From contig JAFIFY010000171.1 in assembly GCA_020831765.1 (NCBI GenBank), positions 1-47,474 of the forward strand: a stretch of DNA of 47,474 nucleotides. The letters run 5' to 3'. Every line of letters begins with the position of its first letter. The first letter of the stretch is position 1. Under the pieces are notes generated by a model. The model was not told the origin of the DNA. It made no database searches and saw only the letters and a program-made list of their open reading frames with translations. Position numbers and translations under genes: made by a program. Source of the DNA: Phycisphaeraceae bacterium (lineage in GTDB: Bacteria > Planctomycetota > Phycisphaerae > Phycisphaerales > Phycisphaeraceae). This document shows, in pieces, positions 29,109 to 38,700 of this stretch.

Positions 29109-31985
29109 ATGGTCCATCCACGAAACAGAACGGAGTGGCGGCCTCGCTGGGTCAGGCCGGCCTTGGCCGCCGCGCTGCTGGCCGGGTGGCTGCTTCTGGC
29201 CCCATCGGCCCCACAGGCCCGGTCCGGCGAGCCGATCACGGTGGACATTACCGCCGTCGGCGTCTCCGCGGCACCCGGTCGCACCGAGCCCGAGGCCCCG
29301 ATCGCCTCGGGACTTCCACCGCGCCTCATTCGGCACTTCGATTTCGAGGAGCCGAACAACGCCGAAATGATGCCGCGCGACTGGTACGCCATCGGCCGGC
29401 CGGAGGATACCGCCGACCCGAGCTTCGCCCGCGTACCGGTCCATCGCCAATTCGTGACACGCACCGGCTATCCCGCCTTCAACACGGTGGGATTCAACAA
29501 GTCGCAGCTTGAACCGGGCGATCACAATCTCCATCTGCGAACCGAAGCCGGAAGCGTCGGCGCTTTTCTGGCCATGGGTTCGGTCATCGCCCTGCCCAAT
29601 ACCGACTACCTGATCACCGCCCGTGTCAAGACAAGCGGATTGAGACATGCCCGCGCGCGGCTCTCGGCCGGCCTCGTGGATCAGGAGGGCAACTGGCTGG
29701 AGGATGCGATCATCCACGGGCCCGGTGTTCGCGGCGATGGACGCGACTGGGAAGATGTCCAGCTTCGCATTCATGGTCGATCCGGCGAAGCGGCGTGGAT
29801 GATTCTCTGGGTCGAACTGCTCCAGCCCCGGCAGCGGCACGACGATCAGCGACGGAACGAACACCAGGTGTTGTTGCAGGACATCGGGGCCGAGGCTTGG
29901 TTTGATGACATCAGCGTCTGGCAGATTCCCCGGATCATTCTGCGCACCCAGAACCCGGTCAACATCATCCGAGCGCCCGACCGGCCGGTGATTCACTGCG
30001 ACATCCGCGATCATGCCGATCAGCGCGTCACCGCCCGCATCCGCATCTACGATGAGTACCTTCATCTGATCGATGAAGACCGCCGCACGGTGGGTCGCGA
30101 TGTATCGCGCATCTGGCGATGGAATCCGAATCTGCCCCGATATGGCTGGTATCTGGCCGATCTTGAGCTTCACGCCGAGGGCCGGCCGGAACATCAGATC
30201 GGCCGATCGCTGCTTGCCCTGCTCTGGCTGCCACAAACCGCCGAGCGACCCGATCTCCACACACCCGCCTTTACCCTTGATCTTTCCGACATCGCCGACG
30301 AACACATCGCCCTCATGCCCGCCCTGCTTGGCCAGACGGCGCTGCGGAATGCCGCGATGAGCATCTGGACCCGGCGCACCGAGCCGGCCGACATCGACAG
30401 GCGCCAGAGCGACCTGGGCGGCGCCCACAACGAGCTTGGGCTGCGCGTCGGGGACATGATCATGAGTTTCTGGCCGCTGCCTGAGTATTTCGAGCGCCGA
30501 ACCACGCCGATCGATTCTTCGCTGGATGCCCTGGCCGGCCATGCCGCCATCTCCGATCCAATGATCCGGCCCGTGCTCCGCTACTGGGGTCAGCGCATCC
30601 GACGCTGGCAGTTGGGCGATGTGCCGGGCAATGCCATTCCGTTCGAGCCCAATCTGCGGGAACGCCTGGAACGATCCCACCGCAATCTCCGCATGCTGGC
30701 GCCCGATGCGGGCATGCTGCTGCCCTGGGGCGTGCAACACCCAGCCCCCCGCCTGACCATCCCCAATCTGCGCCTGGCCCTGGAAGTGCCCGTGACGGTT
30801 CCGCCGGCGACCATCCCCGAACTGGTCGATCGGATTCGTCGCGACAGCGCCGACACCCGCCACGCGCCGAAGATCGAATCGCTGCACCTGTTTTCTCCCT
30901 CGGCGCGGGAGATCAGCCAGCATCGCCGCATCACCGACATGATTCTCCGAATCGTTCACGCCTCGAGCGCCGATGTGCCTGAGCTGGTGCTGCGACAGAT
31001 ATGGACCCCCGCATCGGACCGCGATGCGGGCATGATGCCCGATCCCCTGCTGGGCGTCTTCGCCCAGGCGGCCGGAATGCTGGCCGGACAACGCCTGGTC
31101 GGACACATGCCGGTCATGCCGGGCGTCACCTGTCTGATCATGAATGGCGCGCGCGGACCGATGCTCGTGGTCTGGAACGAGCGATCCGACGTGAAGAACC
31201 CCGTCCTCGACCTGGACTTGGGCGGCGATGCCAAGGCATGGGATGTCTGGGGCAATCCGGTGCCGCTGGGCCGCGAACACGGCCGCGATCAACTTGCCCT
31301 GGACGACCGTCCGGTCTTCGTCACCGGCATCGACCTGAACCTCGCCCTGCTTCGCCGCTCGTTCGTGATGGACAAGCCGAAGATCCGCTCCAACCAGTTG
31401 CCCCAGACCCGCTACCTGACGTTGGGCAATCCGTGGCCGCGCACCATCCATGGAACCGTCCGCATCATCGAGCCTGAAGGCTGGAATATCGTCCCGATGC
31501 GACGATCGGTCGCGATCCCGGCCGGACAGACCATCACTTTTCCTTTGGTGATGCAGATGTTCCCCCGCCTCGAGGCCGCCGGCCGTCACAGACTGACCGT
31601 GCGGCTTCAGACGCCCGGCGAGCCCCAGTTGTCGGTCGACCTGCACGTCGATTTTGAAGTGGGGTTGGATGAGGTGGAACTGGATTCGGCCCTGACCATC
31701 GAACCTTCACGCATCCGAGGGCGGCCGGCCGACGCCGTGGTGGTCCAGCGACTGACCAATCGCACCGACCGGCCGATCTCGATCCGTGCCTTTGCCAACC
31801 TGCGCGGCCATCCCACCCGCGAGACACCCGTCCCCCAACTCATGCCGGGCCAGTCCCTGGTGATCCGCCTTCGATTCCCCGGCGGCGGACCCGACGCGGT
31901 CGAACATTCCGTCCGTACCGGCATCGAAGTCACCCCGGGCAACGACATTCTGATTCACCGCCTTCACGTTGACCTTGACGAATGA
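29109..31985 (+). CDS. Large secreted hypothetical protein (958 aa), unknown function
   Basis: Signal peptide MVHPRNRTEWRPRWVRPALAAALLAGWLLLAPSAPQA. This frame has strongly C/G-biased third codon positions and normal amino-acid composition. The overlapping 969-aa minus-strand ORF is Arg/Gly/His-rich with no signal, so I judge it antisense. Confidence 0.6.
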   Translation: MVHPRNRTEWRPRWVRPALAAALLAGWLLLAPSAPQARSGEPITVDITAVGVSAAPGRTEPEAPIASGLPPRLIRHFDFEEPNNAEMMPRDWYAIGRPEDTADPSFARVPVHRQFVTRTGYPAFNTVGFNKSQLEPGDHNLHLRTEAGSVGAFLAMGSVIALPNTDYLITARVKTSGLRHARARLSAGLVDQEGNWLEDAIIHGPGVRGDGRDWEDVQLRIHGRSGEAAWMILWVELLQPRQRHDDQRRNEHQVLLQDIGAEAWFDDISVWQIPRIILRTQNPVNIIRAPDRPVIHCDIRDHADQRVTARIRIYDEYLHLIDEDRRTVGRDVSRIWRWNPNLPRYGWYLADLELHAEGRPEHQIGRSLLALLWLPQTAERPDLHTPAFTLDLSDIADEHIALMPALLGQTALRNAAMSIWTRRTEPADIDRRQSDLGGAHNELGLRVGDMIMSFWPLPEYFERRTTPIDSSLDALAGHAAISDPMIRPVLRYWGQRIRRWQLGDVPGNAIPFEPNLRERLERSHRNLRMLAPDAGMLLPWGVQHPAPRLTIPNLRLALEVPVTVPPATIPELVDRIRRDSADTRHAPKIESLHLFSPSAREISQHRRITDMILRIVHASSADVPELVLRQIWTPASDRDAGMMPDPLLGVFAQAAGMLAGQRLVGHMPVMPGVTCLIMNGARGPMLVVWNERSDVKNPVLDLDLGGDAKAWDVWGNPVPLGREHGRDQLALDDRPVFVTGIDLNLALLRRSFVMDKPKIRSNQLPQTRYLTLGNPWPRTIHGTVRIIEPEGWNIVPMRRSVAIPAGQTITFPLVMQMFPRLEAAGRHRLTVRLQTPGEPQLSVDLHVDFEVGLDEVELDSALTIEPSRIRGRPADAVVVQRLTNRTDRPISIRAFANLRGHPTRETPVPQLMPGQSLVIRLRFPGGGPDAVEHSVRTGIEVTPGNDILIHRLHVDLDE

Positions 31986-32043
31986 TGGGATCGATGGCCG
32001 CGCCCAAGTTCGGCACCTGAATCATTCGTCAATCGGGCGGCCT

Positions 32044-32709
32044 TCACGGACCTTCGGCCAGCGCTGCTTCAATGGCCGTGATGACCTCGGGGCTGGTCGG
32101 GCTCTGCCGGGGCCGGAAACGCTGCACGATTCGACCATCCCGACCGATGAGAAACTTCTCGAAATTCCAGGTGATTTCGCCCGCGTGTTCGGGATTGGTC
32201 TGTTCCGACGTCAAGTGGGCGTAAAGCGGCGCGATGTCCTCGCCCTTCACGGAAATCTTGCTGAACATATCGAACCCGACCCCATAGTTGACCTGACAGA
32301 ACTCGGCGATCTGTTCGTTCGTGCCCGGCTCCTGGTTGCCGAAATTGTTGGCGGGAAATCCAAGGATGGATAGCCCGCGGTCGCGATACCGCTCGTGAAG
32401 CTCCTGAAGCTGGGCATACTGCGGCGTCAGTCCACAGCGGCTGGCCGTGTTGACGATGAGGATGACATCGCCCTGATACCGCGATGCCAGATGCACGGGA
32501 TCACCATCGATCCGCTTCAAGGTGAAATCAAGGGCCGATGGATGCGTCGCGGGGTTGGGTTCGGTCTTCACGGCTTTCGACTCCCTGGCGGGCCTGTCCA
32601 TCTGACACGCGGCCAGCGACATCACCGGCAACAGCATCCCAAGGCACATAAGGCTGAACTTGCTCACGATGGTCTCTCCGAACTGAGGATCAGCGAACGT
32701 TTCCATCAT
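32044..32709 (-). CDS. Glutathione peroxidase family protein (thiol peroxidase), lipoprotein-anchored
   Basis: The GPx signature region VILIVNTASRCGLTPQYAQLQELHERYRDRGLSILGFPANNFGNQEPG has Cys in place of Sec, plus the WNFEKFLI motif. The N-terminal signal has an AAC lipobox. Confidence 0.85.
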   Translation of the reverse strand: MMETFADPQFGETIVSKFSLMCLGMLLPVMSLAACQMDRPARESKAVKTEPNPATHPSALDFTLKRIDGDPVHLASRYQGDVILIVNTASRCGLTPQYAQLQELHERYRDRGLSILGFPANNFGNQEPGTNEQIAEFCQVNYGVGFDMFSKISVKGEDIAPLYAHLTSEQTNPEHAGEITWNFEKFLIGRDGRIVQRFRPRQSPTSPEVITAIEAALAEGP

Positions 32710-32763
32710 AGGCCGGCCGCGGGGCGAAAAATCGACCGGGCCTTGAATCGTGCGCCGGCCCGC

Positions 32764-34632
32764 TCAGGGCGAAAGCGTCCGAAGTTCCATGCGCCAGGTG
32801 TCCCGCGTCTGCTCATCGACATCGGGATCGGGCAGCAGCGATCGCCTCGTGCAGTTAAGCAGCGCTTGCAGTTCCTGATATCGCCTGGCCTGCCCAATGT
32901 CCGCGGGCAACTGGTCGCCGATCACCTCGTGGACATCGCCCGGCTTCAACTCCCGGTCGAGCAGTTCCCGCCGGGCCAGCAGTTGGCTGCGCAAAGCGCT
33001 GAACGCGGCGGCGGAGTAGCCTTCGGTCAGGGAAAGCAGTGCTTCCCACTCATCAGCCTCGGGCTGGCCCTCCAGACCTCGAAGCGCCCACCGCAGAAAC
33101 GCGGCATGATCCTTGCTCCGTGGCTCTGGATCGAGCACGGGGATGATCAGATCGCCGACGCGGCCCGGACGACGAAGGTCTGGCGAAAGCAACTCGATCC
33201 GGGCGGTCATCAGCAACCAGACCACTCGGCCGCGCAGCTTCGGATCGCTCATCATCTGCTGGAGTTTGCCGGTCAGGCGCCGTTCGGTGGGGTGGGCCTC
33301 GGCGCCGACGGACCCGAACTGCGTGTCAGCCTCATCCACAATGATGATGACCTTGCCCAGGCTCTCGAGCAGGCTGCGCAGCTTCTCGAACAGAACATCG
33401 GTCTGCCCGAAGTATTGACTGCGGATGTTCTTGAGAACCAGAACGGGCAGGCCCAGTGAACCGGCGACCGCTTCAAAGATGAACGTCTTGCCTGACCCGA
33501 TGGGACCGGCGATCGCCGCGCCCGGCAGTGCAGCGGGGCCGGTGGCGCGGATTCGTGGGATCATCTCATCGGCCAGGAACTGCTTGAGGCGGGAAAAGCC
33601 CACCACATCCTCCAGCGAATGCGCGGGCTTGGAAAACTCCACGACTCCTTCGCCCAGCGTGCCCTCGATGTACGATTCGACCCGCGAGATGATGTCGGAG
33701 ACCGACACGGGCTGGTTGACATAAGCCGAGCGCAGCAGCAATTGCCGCATGGCATGGAGCGAAAGCCCGGCGGTCAAGGCCGCGAACTCCGGCAGCGGCA
33801 TTTGCAGCGGCGCTTCGGGCGAATGCGTTCGATTGAACCATTGCGTGAAATGAACGCGCTCCTCCTGGTTCGGTGGATCGATGCCGATCATGACCAGTTG
33901 CGGCAAGCTGGTGACGCGCGTGCTGACCGCCGAAGCCGCCTCCGCGATCATCACGACGCTGTCCGGGCCATTGTTGAAAGCCGGATCGCTGAGCCAGTCC
34001 TGCATGATGCTGATGCGATGACGGTCGGCCGGCGTCATGCGTGACAGATCGGCATCGCCGCCCGAGCCCGGCAGCAGAAAATCCGCCGCCTCGACAAGAA
34101 TCAGCAATCGAAAACGGCTCTGCGAGCGTGAACAGATCGTAAGCTGTCGAAAGAACTCCAAGGCGACCGTCGGCTGCGCCGCGGCCTGTTCGATCATCTC
34201 GTTGAATCGGTTCTCGATTTCCTCCCGGCGATTATGCAGGGATGGATCGGCCAGGCCGCGCAGGATCAGTTCATCCCGGCTTCCGCCCAGCTTCCACTGG
34301 ACCCATGCGTCCCGCAGACGCCGGCGGTCGTCATCACTCGTGCAACGGATCGGCCCGTTCAACTCCGCGATCAGGACGATCAGGCCATCGACTCGGACGC
34401 GCTGACAGAGCCACGGCACCAACGGCAGGTATCGATCGGAAACGTTGCTGTGAAACAGCCCGTGTACATCACCGTGAAGGAGAATCGCCCTGCCCTGGCC
34501 GCTGTTGATGGTACGGGCCAGTTCGGTGTAGAAAGGATAGCTCGGCGAGTTGGAATCCTGCGAGGGAAGCGGAACGGAATCCATGGCCATGATCGGATAC
34601 CCGGGCATCGGCGTTCGACCGCGATTCACCAT
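32764..34632 (-). CDS. Classical-clade AAA ATPase (Vps4/katanin/FtsH-like ATPase domain) with a ~330-aa N-terminal domain of unknown function
   Basis: Walker A GPIGSGKT; Walker B IIIVDEAD. Second region of homology WLLMTARIELLSPDLRRPGRVGDLIIPV with arginine fingers. It aligns motif-for-motif with the Vps4 ATPase cassette. It lies 36 nt downstream of the PspA-like gene. Confidence 0.8.
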   Translation of the reverse strand: MVNRGRTPMPGYPIMAMDSVPLPSQDSNSPSYPFYTELARTINSGQGRAILLHGDVHGLFHSNVSDRYLPLVPWLCQRVRVDGLIVLIAELNGPIRCTSDDDRRRLRDAWVQWKLGGSRDELILRGLADPSLHNRREEIENRFNEMIEQAAAQPTVALEFFRQLTICSRSQSRFRLLILVEAADFLLPGSGGDADLSRMTPADRHRISIMQDWLSDPAFNNGPDSVVMIAEAASAVSTRVTSLPQLVMIGIDPPNQEERVHFTQWFNRTHSPEAPLQMPLPEFAALTAGLSLHAMRQLLLRSAYVNQPVSVSDIISRVESYIEGTLGEGVVEFSKPAHSLEDVVGFSRLKQFLADEMIPRIRATGPAALPGAAIAGPIGSGKTFIFEAVAGSLGLPVLVLKNIRSQYFGQTDVLFEKLRSLLESLGKVIIIVDEADTQFGSVGAEAHPTERRLTGKLQQMMSDPKLRGRVVWLLMTARIELLSPDLRRPGRVGDLIIPVLDPEPRSKDHAAFLRWALRGLEGQPEADEWEALLSLTEGYSAAAFSALRSQLLARRELLDRELKPGDVHEVIGDQLPADIGQARRYQELQALLNCTRRSLLPDPDVDEQTRDTWRMELRTLSP

Positions 34633-34668
34633 GCCCGGCCGGGACGCATCGGATGCCTGCCGAGGAAA

Positions 34669-35499
34669 TTACTCGGGAAGTCGCGGTTCGGAGGTCTTGT
34701 CCGTATCGGTGGGCCGCTCGGACTTGTCGGCCGATTCGGCCAGCCCGATGAGCTTGTCGAACTCGTCGCTGGTCTTGTGCTGCCTGGCATACTCCAGGAA
34801 CTGGGCCTCCTGAACCTTGGTGTCGGTACCGGCCAGTTCGCGGCTGATGCGCGCCTTGGCTTTCATTTCATCGCGTAGCTGGCGCATCTCGGCCAGGTCG
34901 CGCGAGGTTCGATCCTGGCTGATGCCCACCAGCATGTCGTTAAGCTCCTGCTCCTCCCGCGCGGTGATGATCTCGGCGACCGCCACGGCCTGTTCTTCCT
35001 TGACGCGGTCGATCTCGCGAAGCATCTGCTGGAGTTGAATCTTGTGCCCCTGGATGGTCTGATCCATGTCCGTCAGTTCCTTCTCCAGCTCGGCGATGCG
35101 CGGCGTCTTCTCCTCGATGCGACTCGTGAAGTCGTTGAAGGCCAGCATGCACTTCTGGTAATCCTCGCCGGCCTTGATCGCCGCAAGGTCCATCCCCTGG
35201 GCTCGCAGCTTCTCAACGGTGGTTCTCGCTTTGGCCGCCGCGCCTTCCTTGAGTTGTTCCATGCGGTTGATCTCGTCGGACAAGGCGCGGATGCGGTTCA
35301 TCTTCTCATCGTGCTGCACGATCAGCCTCGCGATCGCATCCTTGAACTGCTGGATCGATTTTTTCTTTTCCTCGATGATCTGGTCATACGTCGCATTGAC
35401 GACGTAAGGGCTTGTGCTGATCGCTCGCCGCGCCGCATCGATCCGACCGGTGACCAGGTAACCCAGGGCACGAAAGTAGCGTCCAACGGCCTTAAGCAT
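34669..35499 (-). CDS. PspA/Vipp1 (IM30) family coiled-coil protein, ESCRT-III superfamily
   Basis: The N-terminus LGYLVTGRIDAARRAISTSPYVVNATYDQIIEEKKKSIQQFKDAIARLI aligns with Vipp1 LGRVVRANLNDLVSKAEDPEKVLEQAVIDMQEDLVQLRQAVARTI. The rest is heptad-rich coiled coil with a C-terminal acidic/Ser-Thr tail. The likely start is MLKAVGRYF, the ATG at 35497-35499. Confidence 0.6.
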   Translation of the reverse strand: MLKAVGRYFRALGYLVTGRIDAARRAISTSPYVVNATYDQIIEEKKKSIQQFKDAIARLIVQHDEKMNRIRALSDEINRMEQLKEGAAAKARTTVEKLRAQGMDLAAIKAGEDYQKCMLAFNDFTSRIEEKTPRIAELEKELTDMDQTIQGHKIQLQQMLREIDRVKEEQAVAVAEIITAREEQELNDMLVGISQDRTSRDLAEMRQLRDEMKAKARISRELAGTDTKVQEAQFLEYARQHKTSDEFDKLIGLAESADKSERPTDTDKTSEPRLPE

Positions 35500-35738
35500 G
35501 ACAGGCTCCTTCGCTCGGGATGGCGATTCCGGGTTCACATGGCTCGCCGCGCGGCCCTTGGCGGCGCGCATCCAGACGATGCCCAGCGTCGCAAGCATCC
35601 GTGCCGACGAAGGATACCGCCAAAGCGCGGCCGGATCAATGCAAACAATCCGGCCGTACGGCCGCCACGGGATGCCGCATCAGCCCGTCACCGCGCCACC
35701 CGACGGCCGACCCGACGTTCGGACGGCGGCGGCGAAGC

Positions 35739-38700
35739 CTATTCCTCGCTTTCTTCCAGGCGGCGAATGATCCCCTGATACTTGTCCGCCAACGATTCGA
35801 GTGAATCAATCACCTGCTTGATTCGGCCCTCCTGGTCGGCGGTGATGCGGCTCAAGGGCTCCAGCCAGGCCTTCATCAGGTCGAACTGCTGCCGGATGAT
35901 GACCAGGAACGCTTCGGGAACCCGGTTGGTGATTCGAATCTGGTAAGGGCTGGGCTGACCGGTGACCTCTTCAGGCGTGGGTGGATCGGCGGCGGCCGGT
36001 GTGGCGGGCGGCGGCTCGGCGGGTTCGGGACGTTCGGCCCGTTCCTCGATCCAGCGCTGTGCGGCCGCGGCCAGGGCATCGAGCCGACTGGAAAGCTGAC
36101 TGGCCGCCTCGATCGCCTGATCATCGAACTTGGTCACCAAGGGCTTGCCGTTCTCGCCCTTGGCTCGCTCGATGGCGCTGCCGATCTGGCCCAGGCCCTC
36201 GTTGAACCGGCTCAATTGCGCCACCACCGCCGCGGTCTGATCGCCGCCCATCGCGGCCACCTCGTTCTGACGGACGAACGCCCGGCAAATCTCATCCCAC
36301 CGTTCCTTCTCCGTTTCACTCATCCAGCCCATCATCTCCTTGAACTTCAGCAGGTTGGCCTCCGCCCCGGTGGTCAGCATCTGGGCATCCTGCTCATAGG
36401 TCGAGAGCACAAGCGTCTTGAGCTCATCATCATTCATCACCGGCAGGATCCGCTCGGCGATGCGGTTCATGTTGCGGTAAGACCCTTGAAGCAGGAAGAC
36501 CGGCTCGCGACGATACCGATCATCCATGCCGGCCGAGCGGATGTACTGCTGATTGACGCGGAGAATGATGTCACGGACCTGAAGCAGCTTCTTCATCACA
36601 TTGACCATTTCCTCGATCTGGTCCGTGGTGAAGTTGGCCTCGAAATCTATGCCCTCGCGGGTGCCGGTTTCGGCGATGCGGATGATGTTGTAAACATCGC
36701 CCTGTGACCGCGTGGCCAGGTCGCGCAGCGTCGGGTTGCTGGTCAGGGCGTTTTCGATGTAACTGGTCCTGAACGCCTCGCCGTGATCCCCGATGATGTC
36801 GCCGAGGTTATAAGTGTCGGCACGGTTGGCCAGCATGTCGGGCACGCGGAACTTCTCACCGCTTTCGGTGTACGGATTACCCGCCATGACCACGGCGACC
36901 TTCCGGCCCCGCAGGTCGTAGGTTCTGGCCCGGCCCTTGTAGACGCCTTCGATCTTCCGCTGGGCATCGCACAGGGAGATGAACTTCTGCAGGAATTCCG
37001 GATGGGTGTGCTGAATGTCATCGACATAGATCATCACATTGTCGCCCATCTCGAAGGCGAGATTGAGCTTGATGATTTCCTCCCGGGCACCGGCGTTGGG
37101 CGCTTCCTCCGGATCAAGGCTCGTCACATCCCGGCCCAGCGCCGGGCCGTTGATCTTCATGAACACGATCCCCAGCCGACTGGCCAGGTATTCCATCAGG
37201 GTCGTCTTTCCATAGCCCGGCGGACTGATGACCATCAGCAGGCCGTTGCGGTCCGTTCGGGCATCGGCCCCGGCCGTGCCGATCTGCTTGGCCATGTTGG
37301 CCCCGATCAGCGGCAGGAAGACGCGGTCGATCAGGCGATTCCGCACGAACGTGGTCAACACGCGGGGCGTGAACTCATCGACCCGCATCTGGTCGCGTGT
37401 CCGCTCGACGATGCGGCGTTTGGCGGCGGTGAATCGCTCGAAACGCGGAACATCCTCCCGCGCGAACCGGCCGAGCCGATCGACGAACTCGAGGTAATCC
37501 AGCTCCATTCGCCCCTGCTTGATGCGGCCATGCCCGCCGCGCAGCCCTTCGACGGTCCGCCGCGCCTGAACGGGCAGCAATCGTCCATGGTCCCCCGTCC
37601 GGTCATACAACTTGAACGCCGCCTCATCCAGGCACAGACCGGCCCGGGCCTGATCCCGGTCCGAATCACGCACGAACGCCGCCAGCCAGTCACGGGCGAG
37701 CAGGAATCGCGCCATCGGCCCCTGGTCGGCCGCGTCCAGCGACTGATTGAAGCGAAGTTGCAGGTGATTGGCCTTGAGATGATCCTCAAAGGCGTTGATC
37801 AGTTCATCGGCTTCCGGGCTGGTGATGAATCCCGGTTCCTCACCGGTCAGCTCGAGGAAGAGATACTCAGCGGCCTGTTGGGCATGATCGGCGGAGAAGA
37901 CAGAATTCTGCTCGGCGAATTCGCCGATCAGCCGCGCGACCTTGTGGATGTATTGTTCCTGCCTGCGCGACTCGGGAAAAGCCCGGACCACCTCGGCATA
38001 CCCCTCGAGTTGCGAGGCGATAAAGCGTTTGGCCGGTGAGTCCTGGGCCGCGCGCCAGAACATTCCGGCCAGGGCCCGGGCCGCGCTGGAATACCGCAGA
38101 AGACCGATGGACTCGGATAGATCGACCAATTCCCGTACGATCAGGGCGGCATCGGCATCATGCACGCCTTTGGTATAGCCTTCGCCGTAGCGCGGCCCCA
38201 TGAAGCGTCGGACATGTTCCAGCAACCGATCGCCGCCGGGGTCCAGAAGCTCTCGACGTTCCATCTCCGGCATGGCAAGGAGGTCAGGCAGCATGACGAA
38301 CGCCAGGTACTCAGCTCGATAGACCGCCTCGTTCTCGCTGATCAGTTCCTGATTCCAGGCTTGACGTGCTTCATTGAGGTCAACATCATCCACCGGCTCG
38401 AAGAACCGGGTTCCGTTGATGTGAAGCTGCATCTTTCCATCGCGCTGCACCATGGTCAGTTCGATGGGCTGGGTGTTGACCGAAAAGACATGCCGCCCGA
38501 AACGGATGCTGTTGGGCCCTTCGGCCTGCAAGTCCAGCCGATCCTTCAGCCGCCGGACCGCATCCTCCCTCAGGCTGCGGAGGCGGCCCTGAATGTCATC
38601 GGCCCGCACCGTGTCTTCAAGGCCGATCAGTTCCTTGACGATGTCGCGAAGCTTGTCGATCATCAGGTCGCCGGCGAAATAACCATTGATCGCCGCGATC

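Noticed and set aside
28737-31646. 969-aa ORF on the minus strand
   Set aside because: It is fully antisense to the 958-aa plus-strand gene. That gene has a signal peptide and strong C/G third-position bias. The minus ORF is Arg/Gly/His-rich, as expected for a GC-rich shadow frame.
32395-33459. 354-aa plus-strand ORF
   Set aside because: It is antisense to the classical AAA ATPase gene.
35585-35615. Sigma54-like element (GGCAC-N6-TTGC on the minus strand) upstream of the PspA-like gene
   Set aside because: The spacer is 6 rather than the invariant 5 nt between the -24 GG and -12 GC elements, so it is probably not a functional RpoN promoter.
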